In this document: positions 46,009-55,441 of the stretch, one piece after another
How the letters are laid out: each line of letters begins with the position of its first letter
How positions within the stretch are numbered: the first letter of the stretch is position 1
Source: Lysobacterales bacterium
GTDB taxonomy: Bacteria > Pseudomonadota > Gammaproteobacteria > Xanthomonadales > SZUA-5
Direction: 5' to 3'
NCBI GenBank assembly: GCA_022844165.1
Contig: JALHMH010000017.1
Span: 1 to 64,000, forward strand
DNA: 64,000 nt
Program-made: the position numbers and the translations under genes
The notes under the pieces: generated by a model
What the model was told of the DNA's origin: nothing
Database searches by the model: none
What the model saw: the letters and a program-made list of their open reading frames with translations, nothing else

Positions 46009-46953
46009 ATGGCTGCAAAGGCAAATCGCTGGTTGGTCGATATGGCGGAAGACGCGGTTCCGAGCGCATTCGCGGTCTGGAATCTGGGTCAGCGTGTCGG
46101 CCACCATGGTCTGGATTTGCCGATGCCGGCACTGCACGCCAAGACCGAGTCGTGGTTCGGCAGCGGTCGGTTGCGTGGTGGTCAGCTCGGTGCGGCGCGA
46201 TTCTGGGGCGACGATGAGCTGATGCTGGCCGAGCTGGTGTTATCGGAACGCGACTTCGGCGGAATCGGTACGACAACGCACGAGGGTTTTCGGCGCATCC
46301 TCGACTATACGCAAGGCTCGGGTTTCCCTTACGTCGCGCGGATCTGGTCGTACTTCTCGCGCATCAACGAGGGCGATGGCGATCGCGAACGCTATCGGCA
46401 GTTCTGTGTCGGGCGGCAACTGGCGTGGGAGCGCGCTCAATTCGAGGCCGACCCTGCCGCCACGGTGATTGGTTTGCCCGATCGATCGCAGCAGTTGCGG
46501 CTGGTCTGGATGGCCTCGCGTTCGCCAGTGACGATGCTCGACAACCCACGGCAGATGACGCCGCGTCAATATCCGCCCGAATACGGGCCCGATCCACCGC
46601 GTTTTTCGCGCGGCGCGCTGTTGCGTTCGCCGCGCGGCCAGGCGCTGCTGATCTCCGGCACCGCCAGCGTGGTGGGACATTCATCTCGCCACCCGGACAA
46701 GCTCGGCGAACAGCTGGCCGAAACCAAACGCAACATGGAAAGCCTGCTGGCGATCGGCAACGCCGCCACTGGCAAAAAATCCAGTTTTGGTGTCGATACC
46801 GTGCTGCGTGCGTACGTGCGCGACGAAAGCTATTTCTTTGAGGTCGAAGATTTTTTGCGCGATCAGTTTCCCGGTGCGCCCTTTGTGGTGCTGCTGGGCG
46901 ACGTGTGTCGTCGCGAACTCATGTGCGAGATCGAAGGTGTCCATCATTACTGA
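46009..46953 (+). CDS. Chorismatase, FkbO/Hyg5/XanB2 family
   Basis: RIWSY..IN, NPRQ, PRFSRG, ISGTASVVG, CRRELMCEIE. Confidence 0.8.
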   Translation: MAAKANRWLVDMAEDAVPSAFAVWNLGQRVGHHGLDLPMPALHAKTESWFGSGRLRGGQLGAARFWGDDELMLAELVLSERDFGGIGTTTHEGFRRILDYTQGSGFPYVARIWSYFSRINEGDGDRERYRQFCVGRQLAWERAQFEADPAATVIGLPDRSQQLRLVWMASRSPVTMLDNPRQMTPRQYPPEYGPDPPRFSRGALLRSPRGQALLISGTASVVGHSSRHPDKLGEQLAETKRNMESLLAIGNAATGKKSSFGVDTVLRAYVRDESYFFEVEDFLRDQFPGAPFVVLLGDVCRRELMCEIEGVHHY

Positions 46954-47503
46954 GCGCAACAACAGTTACCCGAGCGATGCCAGATGTTTGGAGGTGTTCA
47001 ATCGCGTCGAAGCACTGATCGAGCGTCGATATGGTATTCCGGTGATCGTCGGCGATGTCAAAGATCCTTTCACGGGCGACCTCGATGGCGCCGAAATCCG
47101 TATCGACCACGATCTCGATGCAGAAGAAGCCTTGTTCATTCTCGTGCATCTGTTTGGCCACACCGTGCAATGGAATCTATCCGAACGCGGCCGAACGCTG
47201 GGTGTGCAGCAGCCCGATGCCTCGATCAGCGCACAGCGTATGGCCGAGCTCTATCAGTACGAACGCGAAGCCGCGGAGCTAAGCCTGACGCTGTTCCGTG
47301 AAGCTGGCGTCGTCGATCTCGATCAGTGGTTGGCGGACTTCTTCCACTGCGACTGGCGTTATCTTGAGCACTTCTATCGCACGGGTCAGAAGCGCGAGTT
47401 CAAGTCCTTCTGGGAGCAAGATTCGCCGTTGCTGATGCCCATGCCGATTCCACATTTCACGCCCTGCAAGTGGCGCGGGCGGTGGGATGGCGTGGTGTTG
47501 TAA
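46937..47503 (+). CDS. Hypothetical protein (start uncertain)
   Basis: Coherent ORF with FTGDLDG, HLFGHTVQW, YEREA. Confidence 0.65.
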   Translation: MSIITERNNSYPSDARCLEVFNRVEALIERRYGIPVIVGDVKDPFTGDLDGAEIRIDHDLDAEEALFILVHLFGHTVQWNLSERGRTLGVQQPDASISAQRMAELYQYEREAAELSLTLFREAGVVDLDQWLADFFHCDWRYLEHFYRTGQKREFKSFWEQDSPLLMPMPIPHFTPCKWRGRWDGVVL

Positions 47504-47508
47504 GCCGC

Positions 47509-49086
47509 TTACTGCGCCAGCTTCGCGAGCGTCTCCAATCGATCCGCTTCATGAAACGGCTTGTCAGTGCGCCAGCGCAGGATGCGCGGGAAGCGCACGG
47601 CAATGCCGGATTTGTGGCGCGACGAGCGATTGACCCCTTCGAAGGCCAACTCGAATACGTGGAACGCCTGCACGCTGCGCACCGGACCGAAACGCTCCAG
47701 CGTGTGTGCGCGGATCCAGCGATCGAGTTTGGCGATCTCTTCGTCGTTGAGGCCGGAGTAGGCTTTGGCGACTGGCACCAGCTCGTCGCCCTGCCACAGC
47801 GCAAAGGTGTAATCGGTGTAGAGATTCGAGCGCCGGCCATGACCCGCTTGAGCGTAGATCAGCACCGCATCGATCGTCAGCGGCGCGATCTTCCATTTCC
47901 ACCAGTCGCCACGACGACGACCGGTGGCATAGGCTGAATTCCAACGCTTCAAGATCAAGCCTTCCACACCGAGCTCGCGCGCGTTGTTTCGAGCGATCTG
48001 CAAGCCAGACCAGTCAGCGCCATCGACCGGTCTGGAAAGACGCAGCGTCGCGCCATCGAGGAGGCCTTCGAGTCGTTCGCGGCGCTCGCGCAGCGGTTGC
48101 TGCCGCAGATCTTTCCCGGCAGCTTCGATCAGGTCATAGGCCATGAATACGACTGGACATTCGGCCAGCGTCCTGGCGCCCGGTTTGAGCCGACCGATGC
48201 GCTTTTGCAGCCGCGAGAAGGGCAGCGGCGCGTCGCCCTCCCAGCCGAGGATTTCGCCGTCGAGAACATGGCCATTCGGCAACGCTGCCGCGGCGCGTTC
48301 GATCTCCGGAAAGCGCCCGTCGAGCCGCTCCTCGCCGCGCGACCAAAGACGCACGCCATCGCGCACGATCAGCTGTGCGCGGATGCCGTCCCATTTCCAT
48401 TCGGCCAGCCAGTCGCCAGCCGGCCCTAGCGACTCGGGCGCCTGTTCCAGTGGCGAGGCGAGAAAGAACGGATACGGCTTGTCGGCATCGATCGCCACCT
48501 CGCCTGGCGCGACAAGTTGCTGGAACGCTTGTGCCGTCGGTTGAAAATCGCCGCTCAATCGGTGCGAAATGAGATCGCCAGCCTGGCCACTCAACCGGGC
48601 CAGGGCTTGTACGACGAGCAGGCGCGACACGCCAACGCGCAAGCCGCCAGTGAGCAGCTTGTTGACGACAAAGCGCTCGCGATCGGCGAATGTGCGCCAC
48701 CAGCCTTGAACGATTGCGCCTTGCGCATCGGGCGGCAACTTCGCCAAAGGCAACAGCTCGTGAGCAACGAAGCCGGCCAGACTCAACTCCGGTTGTGCGG
48801 CGGTCGGATGGCGTTGCGTCAGCAGCGTTATCGTTTCGGCCAGGTCGCCGACATGAGCGTAGGTGTCGTCGATCAGCCAGTCGGGCAGGGCGCTGACGTC
48901 GATCAGCCATTGCCGCAAGTCGTTGGCGCGCACCAGCCGTTTGATGCGTCCGCCCGTTAGCCAATGCACTGCCCACGCCGCATCATCGGCTGGCGCTGCC
49001 TGAAAATAGTCGACCAAGGCAGCAACCTTGTCGCTGGTCCCCGTGGATTGATCGAGACGCGCATAGAGTGCGGCGAAGGCTCTCAC
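47509..49086 (-). CDS. ATP-dependent DNA ligase
   Basis: EWKWDGIR, LDGE, EGLILK, WWKWK, RFPR. Confidence 0.95.
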   Translation of the reverse strand: MRAFAALYARLDQSTGTSDKVAALVDYFQAAPADDAAWAVHWLTGGRIKRLVRANDLRQWLIDVSALPDWLIDDTYAHVGDLAETITLLTQRHPTAAQPELSLAGFVAHELLPLAKLPPDAQGAIVQGWWRTFADRERFVVNKLLTGGLRVGVSRLLVVQALARLSGQAGDLISHRLSGDFQPTAQAFQQLVAPGEVAIDADKPYPFFLASPLEQAPESLGPAGDWLAEWKWDGIRAQLIVRDGVRLWSRGEERLDGRFPEIERAAAALPNGHVLDGEILGWEGDAPLPFSRLQKRIGRLKPGARTLAECPVVFMAYDLIEAAGKDLRQQPLRERRERLEGLLDGATLRLSRPVDGADWSGLQIARNNARELGVEGLILKRWNSAYATGRRRGDWWKWKIAPLTIDAVLIYAQAGHGRRSNLYTDYTFALWQGDELVPVAKAYSGLNDEEIAKLDRWIRAHTLERFGPVRSVQAFHVFELAFEGVNRSSRHKSGIAVRFPRILRWRTDKPFHEADRLETLAKLAQ

Positions 49087-50084
49087 GAGTCGTCGCCACC
49101 GAACTCGGTCTTCAGCGCCGCCGCAACGACGCCGCGATCATTGAGATAACGCACCAGCGAATCGGTGCTGCCATGAGTGGCCAGGACTCGTCGTGCGCCA
49201 GACTCTTCCACCGTGCGAATCAACCCCGGCCAATCGCTGTGGTCAGAAACGACGAATCCACGATCGTAGCCGCGGCGTCGGCGATTGCCGCGAATCTGCA
49301 TCCAGCCTGAGGCGAATGCAGTGGACGCGCTATTGAAGCGTCGCATCCATGGCGAGCCGGCCGCCGAAGGTGGTGCCAGGATCAGTTCGCCCGAGAAATC
49401 GCGTGCGCGTTTGCTGTCGCCGACGGGCTCACCGGGCAACATGCGGATGTTGGCGTCGCGATAACGCTCGACCAGTGGCGTCATCGCACCATGCAGAAAC
49501 ACCGTGCGGTCAACGCGCTCGGCCAGCTCTGCGAGCAGGCGCTGCGCTTTGCCCAGCGCGTAACAGAACATCACCGCCGGCACGTGCTCGCGGGCGCACT
49601 GATCCCACCAGTCGAGCACTTCATCGACGACCTCGTGCATCGCCGGCCAGCGATAGCAGGGCAGGCCGAAGGTCGCCTCCGTGATCAGCGTATCGCAGCG
49701 TACAACATCGAACGGCGTGCACGTTGGATCGGCATCGCGCTTGAAGTCGCCGGTCACAACCCAAACTTCACCATCGACCTCGATGCGCACCTGGCTTGAT
49801 CCCAAGATGTGACCAGCACTGTGCAGCGAAACACGCGCATCGCCCAGTACGAAGGTTTCTCCGTAACCATGCCCGACGATGTGCGCCGATGCCCCGAGCC
49901 GATGCTGCAGCAATCCCAGGCCCGATTCGGCAGCGTGATAGCGCACCGAACCGGAGCGGGCGTGATCGGCGTGACCGTGCGTCAGCACCGCGCAGTCGAC
50001 GCCGCGCCACGGATCGATGTAGAAGTCGCCCCGCGGGCAGTACATGCCCTCCGGGCGCAGGATCACCAGGTCGTCGCGGCGCAC
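49083..50084 (-). CDS. Ligase-associated DNA damage response exonuclease (MBL/beta-CASP)
   Basis: THGHADH, AGHILGS, EATFG, SDHSD, THG. Confidence 0.93.
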   Translation of the reverse strand: MRRDDLVILRPEGMYCPRGDFYIDPWRGVDCAVLTHGHADHARSGSVRYHAAESGLGLLQHRLGASAHIVGHGYGETFVLGDARVSLHSAGHILGSSQVRIEVDGEVWVVTGDFKRDADPTCTPFDVVRCDTLITEATFGLPCYRWPAMHEVVDEVLDWWDQCAREHVPAVMFCYALGKAQRLLAELAERVDRTVFLHGAMTPLVERYRDANIRMLPGEPVGDSKRARDFSGELILAPPSAAGSPWMRRFNSASTAFASGWMQIRGNRRRRGYDRGFVVSDHSDWPGLIRTVEESGARRVLATHGSTDSLVRYLNDRGVVAAALKTEFGGDDS

Positions 50085-50229
50085 GTTCGACGAATGCCTC
50101 AGTCACGGTGAGTCGAGCATGGTAGAAGCATGACGGCATAGGGGCAAGCGCTGCCTGCGCGGGCGTCTGAACATCTTCTCGGCATTCCCAGCGATAGTAT
50201 CTGCGTCAGCTTACGGACGAATCCGAACT

Positions 50230-51132
50230 ATGGCCCCGGAAACAACAGCGCTGCCCGATGTGGCGCAGCAACTCAGCACGCACGGCTGCGGACTCGCTTG
50301 GGTCGGTATGTCCGATATCGAATTGCCGGTGCGCATCGATGATGTTCGTCAATCGGCGCGCGCGGATGCCTTCGTCGATCTGGTACCCGGCGCGCGCGGC
50401 ATTCACATGTCGCGGCTGTACTTGCATCTGGACGAGCGCCTCGGCGATCAGCCGCTGTCACCCGCGTTGATAGGAGCAACGCTGGAGGATTTCTTGTCGT
50501 CGCATCGCGACTTAAGCACACGCGCGAAGCTGGGTTTGCGATTTGCGTGGATGACACGGCGTTCGGCGCTGGTCAGCGACAAGAGCGGCTGGCGCAGTTA
50601 TCCGGTGGCTTTACACGCAACGCTTGATGGTCAGTCATTTTCGTTGGTTCTGGAAACGCACGTCAGCTATTCCAGCACCTGCCCATGTTCGGCGGCGCTG
50701 GCGCGGCGCTTGATTCAACAGCAGTTCGATACCGATTTCGCCAGACCCTTGCGCCATGACGAAGTGCGCGAGTGGTTGGGTAGCGAGCGCGGCATCGGCG
50801 CAACGCCGCACAGCCAGCGCAGCACTTTAACGGCGCGCGTGGCGCTCAGCGGCAACGAATTGCCGATGGCGGCGATCGTCGACGCGCTGGAAAAGGCGCT
50901 GGCGACGCCAGTCCAGACGGCCGTCAAGCGTGAGGACGAACAGGCTTTCGCGCGATTGAACGGCAGCAACCTGATGTTCTGCGAAGACGCCGCACGACGC
51001 GCGTTCGAGGCGCTCGATCGTCTGCCGTTCGCCGCCGATTTTTGGCTGCGCGCCGCGCACCACGAAAGCCTGCATCCGCACGATGCCGTGGCGGTCGCTG
51101 TCAAGGGCGTCGCTGGGGGCTTTTCGCCCTGA
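50230..51132 (+). CDS. folE2: GTP cyclohydrolase I type 2 (FolE2)
   Basis: GIHMSRL, STCPCS, HSQRS, KREDE, FCEDAAR, ESLHPHDA. Confidence 0.93.
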   Translation: MAPETTALPDVAQQLSTHGCGLAWVGMSDIELPVRIDDVRQSARADAFVDLVPGARGIHMSRLYLHLDERLGDQPLSPALIGATLEDFLSSHRDLSTRAKLGLRFAWMTRRSALVSDKSGWRSYPVALHATLDGQSFSLVLETHVSYSSTCPCSAALARRLIQQQFDTDFARPLRHDEVREWLGSERGIGATPHSQRSTLTARVALSGNELPMAAIVDALEKALATPVQTAVKREDEQAFARLNGSNLMFCEDAARRAFEALDRLPFAADFWLRAAHHESLHPHDAVAVAVKGVAGGFSP

Positions 51133-51147
51133 GCAACGAATTCGAAC

Positions 51148-51594
51148 TTAGAGTGAGTGGACAGCCGCCCATTCCCCGGCCGTGACTGGAATCACCGAGA
51201 GGCGATTGCCGCGTTTGACCAGCGGCATGTGGGACAAGGCCTCGACCGTCTTCAGAACGTCCAGGGTGAGCGGCTTTTGCAGTTTCCGCACGAACGCGAC
51301 TTCGACGGCCGACCAGCGCGGTGTCTCCAGCGGACTGGTTGGATCGAAGTAATCGCTATCGGGATTGAACTGAGTGGGGTCGGCAAAAGCGGTCTTGCTG
51401 ATATTCGCTACGCCAACAATGCCCGGTGCCGCGCAGCTCGAATGATAAAAGAGCACCTCGTCGCCGAGCGCCATCGAGCGCAGGTAATTGCGCGCCTGGA
51501 AATTGCGCACGCCATCCCACGTCTCTCTCTTCTTGCGTTTCAGATCGTCGATGGAAAACACATCTGGTTCGGATTTCATCAGCCAATAGGCCAT
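51148..51594 (-). CDS. EVE domain protein
   Basis: YWLMKSEP, WDGVRN, RLSV. Confidence 0.93.
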   Translation of the reverse strand: MAYWLMKSEPDVFSIDDLKRKKRETWDGVRNFQARNYLRSMALGDEVLFYHSSCAAPGIVGVANISKTAFADPTQFNPDSDYFDPTSPLETPRWSAVEVAFVRKLQKPLTLDVLKTVEALSHMPLVKRGNRLSVIPVTAGEWAAVHSL

Positions 51595-51633
51595 AGTCAG
51601 TATTCCTCTGGATCGACGTTAGCCAGCAGGCCG

Positions 51634-52215
51634 TCAGGATGTTCTTCGGATCATTTGTGTTTCGGTGATGATCAGATCTAGCGGCACATCCCAGGCGGCG
51701 CTGGGGATCGAATCGACTTCTTGGCAATCGAAGGCGCAGCCGATCAACCGTGGATTGCCGGGATCCGATCGCCGATGTTGCAGAGCGCGATCATAAAACC
51801 CCGCGCCAGATCCAAGTCGATGTGCGTTTTTGTCGAACGCGACGAGCGGCACAACAATGGCGTCGAGCGCCTCGGCGTGGACACATTCGTCGATCCCCGC
51901 GATCGGTTCGAGAATGCCGAACGCGTTGGGCTGAAGATGCCGGGGTTCGCCGCGCCAGCGGGCGAAAATCAAACTGCGGTGACTGTCGATCTTCGGCAGG
52001 TAAACGTGGCGTCCTGCGGCGAGCAGTGATTCGAGCGTCGACGCCAGGGACAGCTCGCTGGCGATCGCAACATAGGCGGCAATCTGCGAGTGAGCAGCAA
52101 GGGTGGCTATGACGCGTCGATGGATGCTTGCGGTTGCTGCATCGCGAACAGGGCCTGAAAACGCGCGCCGCCTTTGTCGGGCCTGCTGTCGCAAGATTGC
52201 GCGCTGGTCTGTCAA
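51634..52215 (-). CDS. ygfA: 5-formyltetrahydrofolate cyclo-ligase
   Basis: GILEP, VPLVAFD, RLGSGAGFYDR, WDVPLD; TTG start. Confidence 0.9.
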   Translation of the reverse strand: MTDQRAILRQQARQRRRAFSGPVRDAATASIHRRVIATLAAHSQIAAYVAIASELSLASTLESLLAAGRHVYLPKIDSHRSLIFARWRGEPRHLQPNAFGILEPIAGIDECVHAEALDAIVVPLVAFDKNAHRLGSGAGFYDRALQHRRSDPGNPRLIGCAFDCQEVDSIPSAAWDVPLDLIITETQMIRRTS

Positions 52216-52220
52216 AAAAG

Positions 52221-52407
52221 GGGTCCTCCGCCAATGCCGATGCGTGTCAAGCGACCTTGATCCTTCGGATCAGGTGGGAAGATAGATGGCCGCTAAAGGC
52301 GGTCCGCATAAAGCGGACATGCACATACACGGCACGGAACTCTTCCCGGGGTCGAACAACAGGGTCAAGGTATATTGCGGACGCGCTGTCGAACAACGCA
52401 GAGGACG
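52221..52407 (-). ncRNA. ssrS: 6S RNA
   Basis: About 185 nt between zapA and ygfA; terminal stem GTCCTC/GAGGAC and CCTTGA/TCAAGG pairing typical of 6S. Confidence 0.9.
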
Positions 52408-52412
52408 CTCTA

Positions 52413-52706
52413 CTATCTTACGTGACTTGCGAGTGCTGCCTCAAGCTTCGCATTCATTTTGCGCAGTTCCTCACCCACATCGCTTCCGACACGACTCAAC
52501 TCCTGCTTCTGCTGCAAGGACTCGAACGCGATATTCAGCGCGGCCATGACCGCAATGCGTTCCAGTCCAACGAGTTTGGCGCTACCGCGAACTTCGCGCA
52601 TTTTCCCGTCCAGATAGGCTGCGGCTTGCACCAGGCCATCGCGTTCTTCCGGTGAACACGCCACAGCGTACTCGCGATCCAGAATCGTCAGGTTCACAGC
52701 GCTCAT
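52413..52706 (-). CDS. zapA: Cell division protein ZapA
   Basis: ILDREY..C, AVMAALNIA. Confidence 0.92.
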   Translation of the reverse strand: MSAVNLTILDREYAVACSPEERDGLVQAAAYLDGKMREVRGSAKLVGLERIAVMAALNIAFESLQQKQELSRVGSDVGEELRKMNAKLEAALASHVR

Positions 52707-52924
52707 TCGGCCTGCTCCATGGCTTTCAAGCGGGTGATCATCGCCTCGACACGGCTTCGAGCCTGCTCGTTTTTTTGCAGAAGTTGAGCGCGTTCGCCCG
52801 CAAGCTGCTCTTGCGCTGCACGAAGGCGGATGTTTTCGTCGCGCAGGCTGGCGTGCGCGCGCAATAGTTCGTCGAGACGGTTCGACAATGCCGACAACTC
52901 GCTGGACACTTTGCTCTCCACCAT
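52703..52924 (-). CDS. TIGR02449 / ZapB-like coiled-coil protein
   Basis: KNEQARSRVEAMITRLKAME; ATGA overlap with zapA. Confidence 0.88.
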   Translation of the reverse strand: MVESKVSSELSALSNRLDELLRAHASLRDENIRLRAAQEQLAGERAQLLQKNEQARSRVEAMITRLKAMEQAE

Positions 52925-53003
52925 GCACGCACCGCAGGTCTTCGACGCTGATTTCTCGTCCTGCGCGCGAATATAGCCCGTCATCTCGAAAAATTGTCGT
53001 CTC

Positions 53004-54566
53004 ATGCCGTTGCGCAATCTAATTCTGGTCCTGGGTGACCAACTCGATCCTGACAGCGCGGCCTTTGATGCCTTCGATGTACAACAGGATGCGGTCTGGA
53101 TGGCGGAAGTGCGAGAGGAGGCAACGCATGTCTGGTCGCATAAGGCACGAATCGCGCTGTTCCTGAGTGCAATGCGGCACTTCGCCCAGGCGCTGCGCGA
53201 GCGCAACGTTGCGGTCCACTATCGGCGCCTGGAAGAACACGACTCGACTTCTTTGCAAGACGCATTGATGGTGGATCTTGCGTGGCTAAAGCCAATACAG
53301 GTGATCGTCGTTGAGCCGGGCGACTTTCGTGTTCGCGAACAGGTGGTTCGTGCGGTCCAGAGCGTTGATTTAATCTTGAAGATTCGCCAGGACCGCCATT
53401 TTCTCGTCACTCTCGATGCGTTTCGTGCCTGGGCGCGCGGCCGTCGGGAATTTCGGCTCGAGCACTTCTATCGGCATTTTCGCCGAGTCCACAACGTCCT
53501 GATGGAAGATGGACAGCCGATAGGTGGACAGTGGAACTTCGACCAGCAGAACCGAGGCGCATTCGATGCGCGTGGTCCCGGCGCCCTGGCAGCGCCCATT
53601 CGATTTCTTCCCGACGCAATCACCACAAAGGTGCTCGCGTTGGTTGCCAGTCACTATGCCGACCACCCCGGCGATCTGGAGTGCTTTGATTGGCCAGTTA
53701 CGCCCGCGATGGCGCGCGATGCGCTCAACGATTTCCTAGCCCATCGGTTGATCGCCTTTGGCCAGTACCAGGACGCGATGTGGAGCAACGAGCCATGGCT
53801 TTATCACTCGCGCCTCTCGGCAGCGCTCAATCTCAAGCTCATTTCACCGCGCGAAGTGATTGATGCGGTCGAGCAGGCGTGGCGGGATGGCCTGGCGCCC
53901 ATTGCCGCTGCCGAGGGTTTCATCCGACAAATCCTTGGCTGGCGGGAATATGTGAGGGGACTCTACTGGATGCGAATGCCGCAGTATCTTGCCGACAACG
54001 CGCTCGATGCTCAGGAACCGCTGCCAGCGTTTTATTGGAACGGCCAGGTCGATATGCACTGCATGAAGCAGACCATCGATCAGACGCTCAAATATGGGTA
54101 CGCACATCACATCCAGCGACTCATGATCACCGGTTTGTATGCGCTTCTCTACGGCGTGCGACCCGCCCAGATCCATGCCTGGTATCTGGCCGTGTACGTC
54201 GATGCGGTGGAGTGGGTCGAACTGCCGAATACGATCGGTATGAGCCAATATGCCGATGGCGGTGTTATGGCCAGCAAACCCTACTGTGCCAGTGGCAAAT
54301 ATATCAATCGCATGAGCAATTATTGTGTTTCGTGCCGCTACAAGCCCGCCAAAGCGATCGGCATTGATGCCTGCCCGTTTACCACACTGTATTGGGATTT
54401 TCTGCTGCGACACGCAGCACGTTTCGCGCGACATCCGCGCACTGCGCTGCAATGGAAAAATCTGGGGCGGCTTGGCGAGGGCGAGCGCGCCGCGATTCGG
54501 GCGCAAGCCGCAGCCTTACGGCGCGAACCGGCTTTGGCCGAGAATCGAACGAATCCGCAGCGTTGA
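53004..54566 (+). CDS. Fe-S bacterial cryptochrome/(6-4) photolyase (PhrB/CryB type)
   Basis: LVLGDQL, YAHHIQRLM, YINRMSNYC..C, ACPF. Confidence 0.92.
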   Translation: MPLRNLILVLGDQLDPDSAAFDAFDVQQDAVWMAEVREEATHVWSHKARIALFLSAMRHFAQALRERNVAVHYRRLEEHDSTSLQDALMVDLAWLKPIQVIVVEPGDFRVREQVVRAVQSVDLILKIRQDRHFLVTLDAFRAWARGRREFRLEHFYRHFRRVHNVLMEDGQPIGGQWNFDQQNRGAFDARGPGALAAPIRFLPDAITTKVLALVASHYADHPGDLECFDWPVTPAMARDALNDFLAHRLIAFGQYQDAMWSNEPWLYHSRLSAALNLKLISPREVIDAVEQAWRDGLAPIAAAEGFIRQILGWREYVRGLYWMRMPQYLADNALDAQEPLPAFYWNGQVDMHCMKQTIDQTLKYGYAHHIQRLMITGLYALLYGVRPAQIHAWYLAVYVDAVEWVELPNTIGMSQYADGGVMASKPYCASGKYINRMSNYCVSCRYKPAKAIGIDACPFTTLYWDFLLRHAARFARHPRTALQWKNLGRLGEGERAAIRAQAAALRREPALAENRTNPQR

Positions 54567-54592
54567 TCCGTTTCTTGGGCCTTCGCAGCGCT

Positions 54593-54979
54593 TTACGCTT
54601 CAACTTTGCTGTCGGTCGCGAAATCAGCGGCGGTCAGTGGTGTCAGGCCATGCCGGTGTCGTGCCTTGTCGCATTGAGGACTATGCGTCTTGCCGTCTTC
54701 GAAACTCGGTTTCAAGTCTCTGCACGGAGAAGGCCGTTGCTCATAGATACCGCACCAGGCATGGTCGCCGATCGATCCTTGCAGTAGTTCGCAGCGCGGC
54801 TCGGGACAATCCGTACCGCGCATCGCGACTCGATGTGGATCGAGTTTCTGGGTCCATTCGACGGGAACGGCTTGGGTGTCCTCTGTCGTCGGATGTGCGA
54901 TGGTCTCCAGCCAGTGAAAAGCGACCCTGAAGGTGGCGCAGCATGCCCCGCAACGCAGACATGGATGGAGCACGCTCAC
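54593..54979 (-). CDS. YkgJ-family cysteine cluster protein
   Basis: CLRCGACC, CGIYEQRPSPCR. Confidence 0.9.
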   Translation of the reverse strand: MSVLHPCLRCGACCATFRVAFHWLETIAHPTTEDTQAVPVEWTQKLDPHRVAMRGTDCPEPRCELLQGSIGDHAWCGIYEQRPSPCRDLKPSFEDGKTHSPQCDKARHRHGLTPLTAADFATDSKVEA

Positions 54980-55407
54980 GTCTCCAGCGTGGCGTGCATC
55001 GAGATCGAAAGGTCCAGAACTCGCGAAATCGGGCAGTTCGCTTTGGCGTCGGCTGCGATCGTCGCGAATCGTTCCGCGTCGATGCCTGGAACACGAGCGC
55101 GAGTGACGATATCGGAACGCGTCAGCTTCAGGCCTTTTTCGTCGCGTTCGATGTGAATGGTGACCTCGGTAGCGATTTCTTCAGCCTTAAATCCGGCGTT
55201 CTGCAATTGAAAGGACAGTGCCATCGAAAAACAGCCCGCGTGAGCGGCGGCCACTAATTCCTCTGGGTTTGTGCCATTGGCATCGCCAAAGCGCGTAGCA
55301 AAAGAGTAGGGCGTGTTGTTCAAGGCGCCGCCCGGCGCGCTCATGCGGCCGCTGCCGGCTTGGATGTCGCCGTTCCATACGGCGCTGGCCTTACGTTTGA
55401 GCATCAT
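54976..55407 (-). CDS. osmC: OsmC peroxiredoxin
   Basis: YSFATRF, TNPEEL..AHAGCFSM, CPIS. Confidence 0.92.
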   Translation of the reverse strand: MMLKRKASAVWNGDIQAGSGRMSAPGGALNNTPYSFATRFGDANGTNPEELVAAAHAGCFSMALSFQLQNAGFKAEEIATEVTIHIERDEKGLKLTRSDIVTRARVPGIDAERFATIAADAKANCPISRVLDLSISMHATLET

Positions 55408-55441
55408 GTCGCTCCAGATAGATCCGGGGAAGTCGACGATT

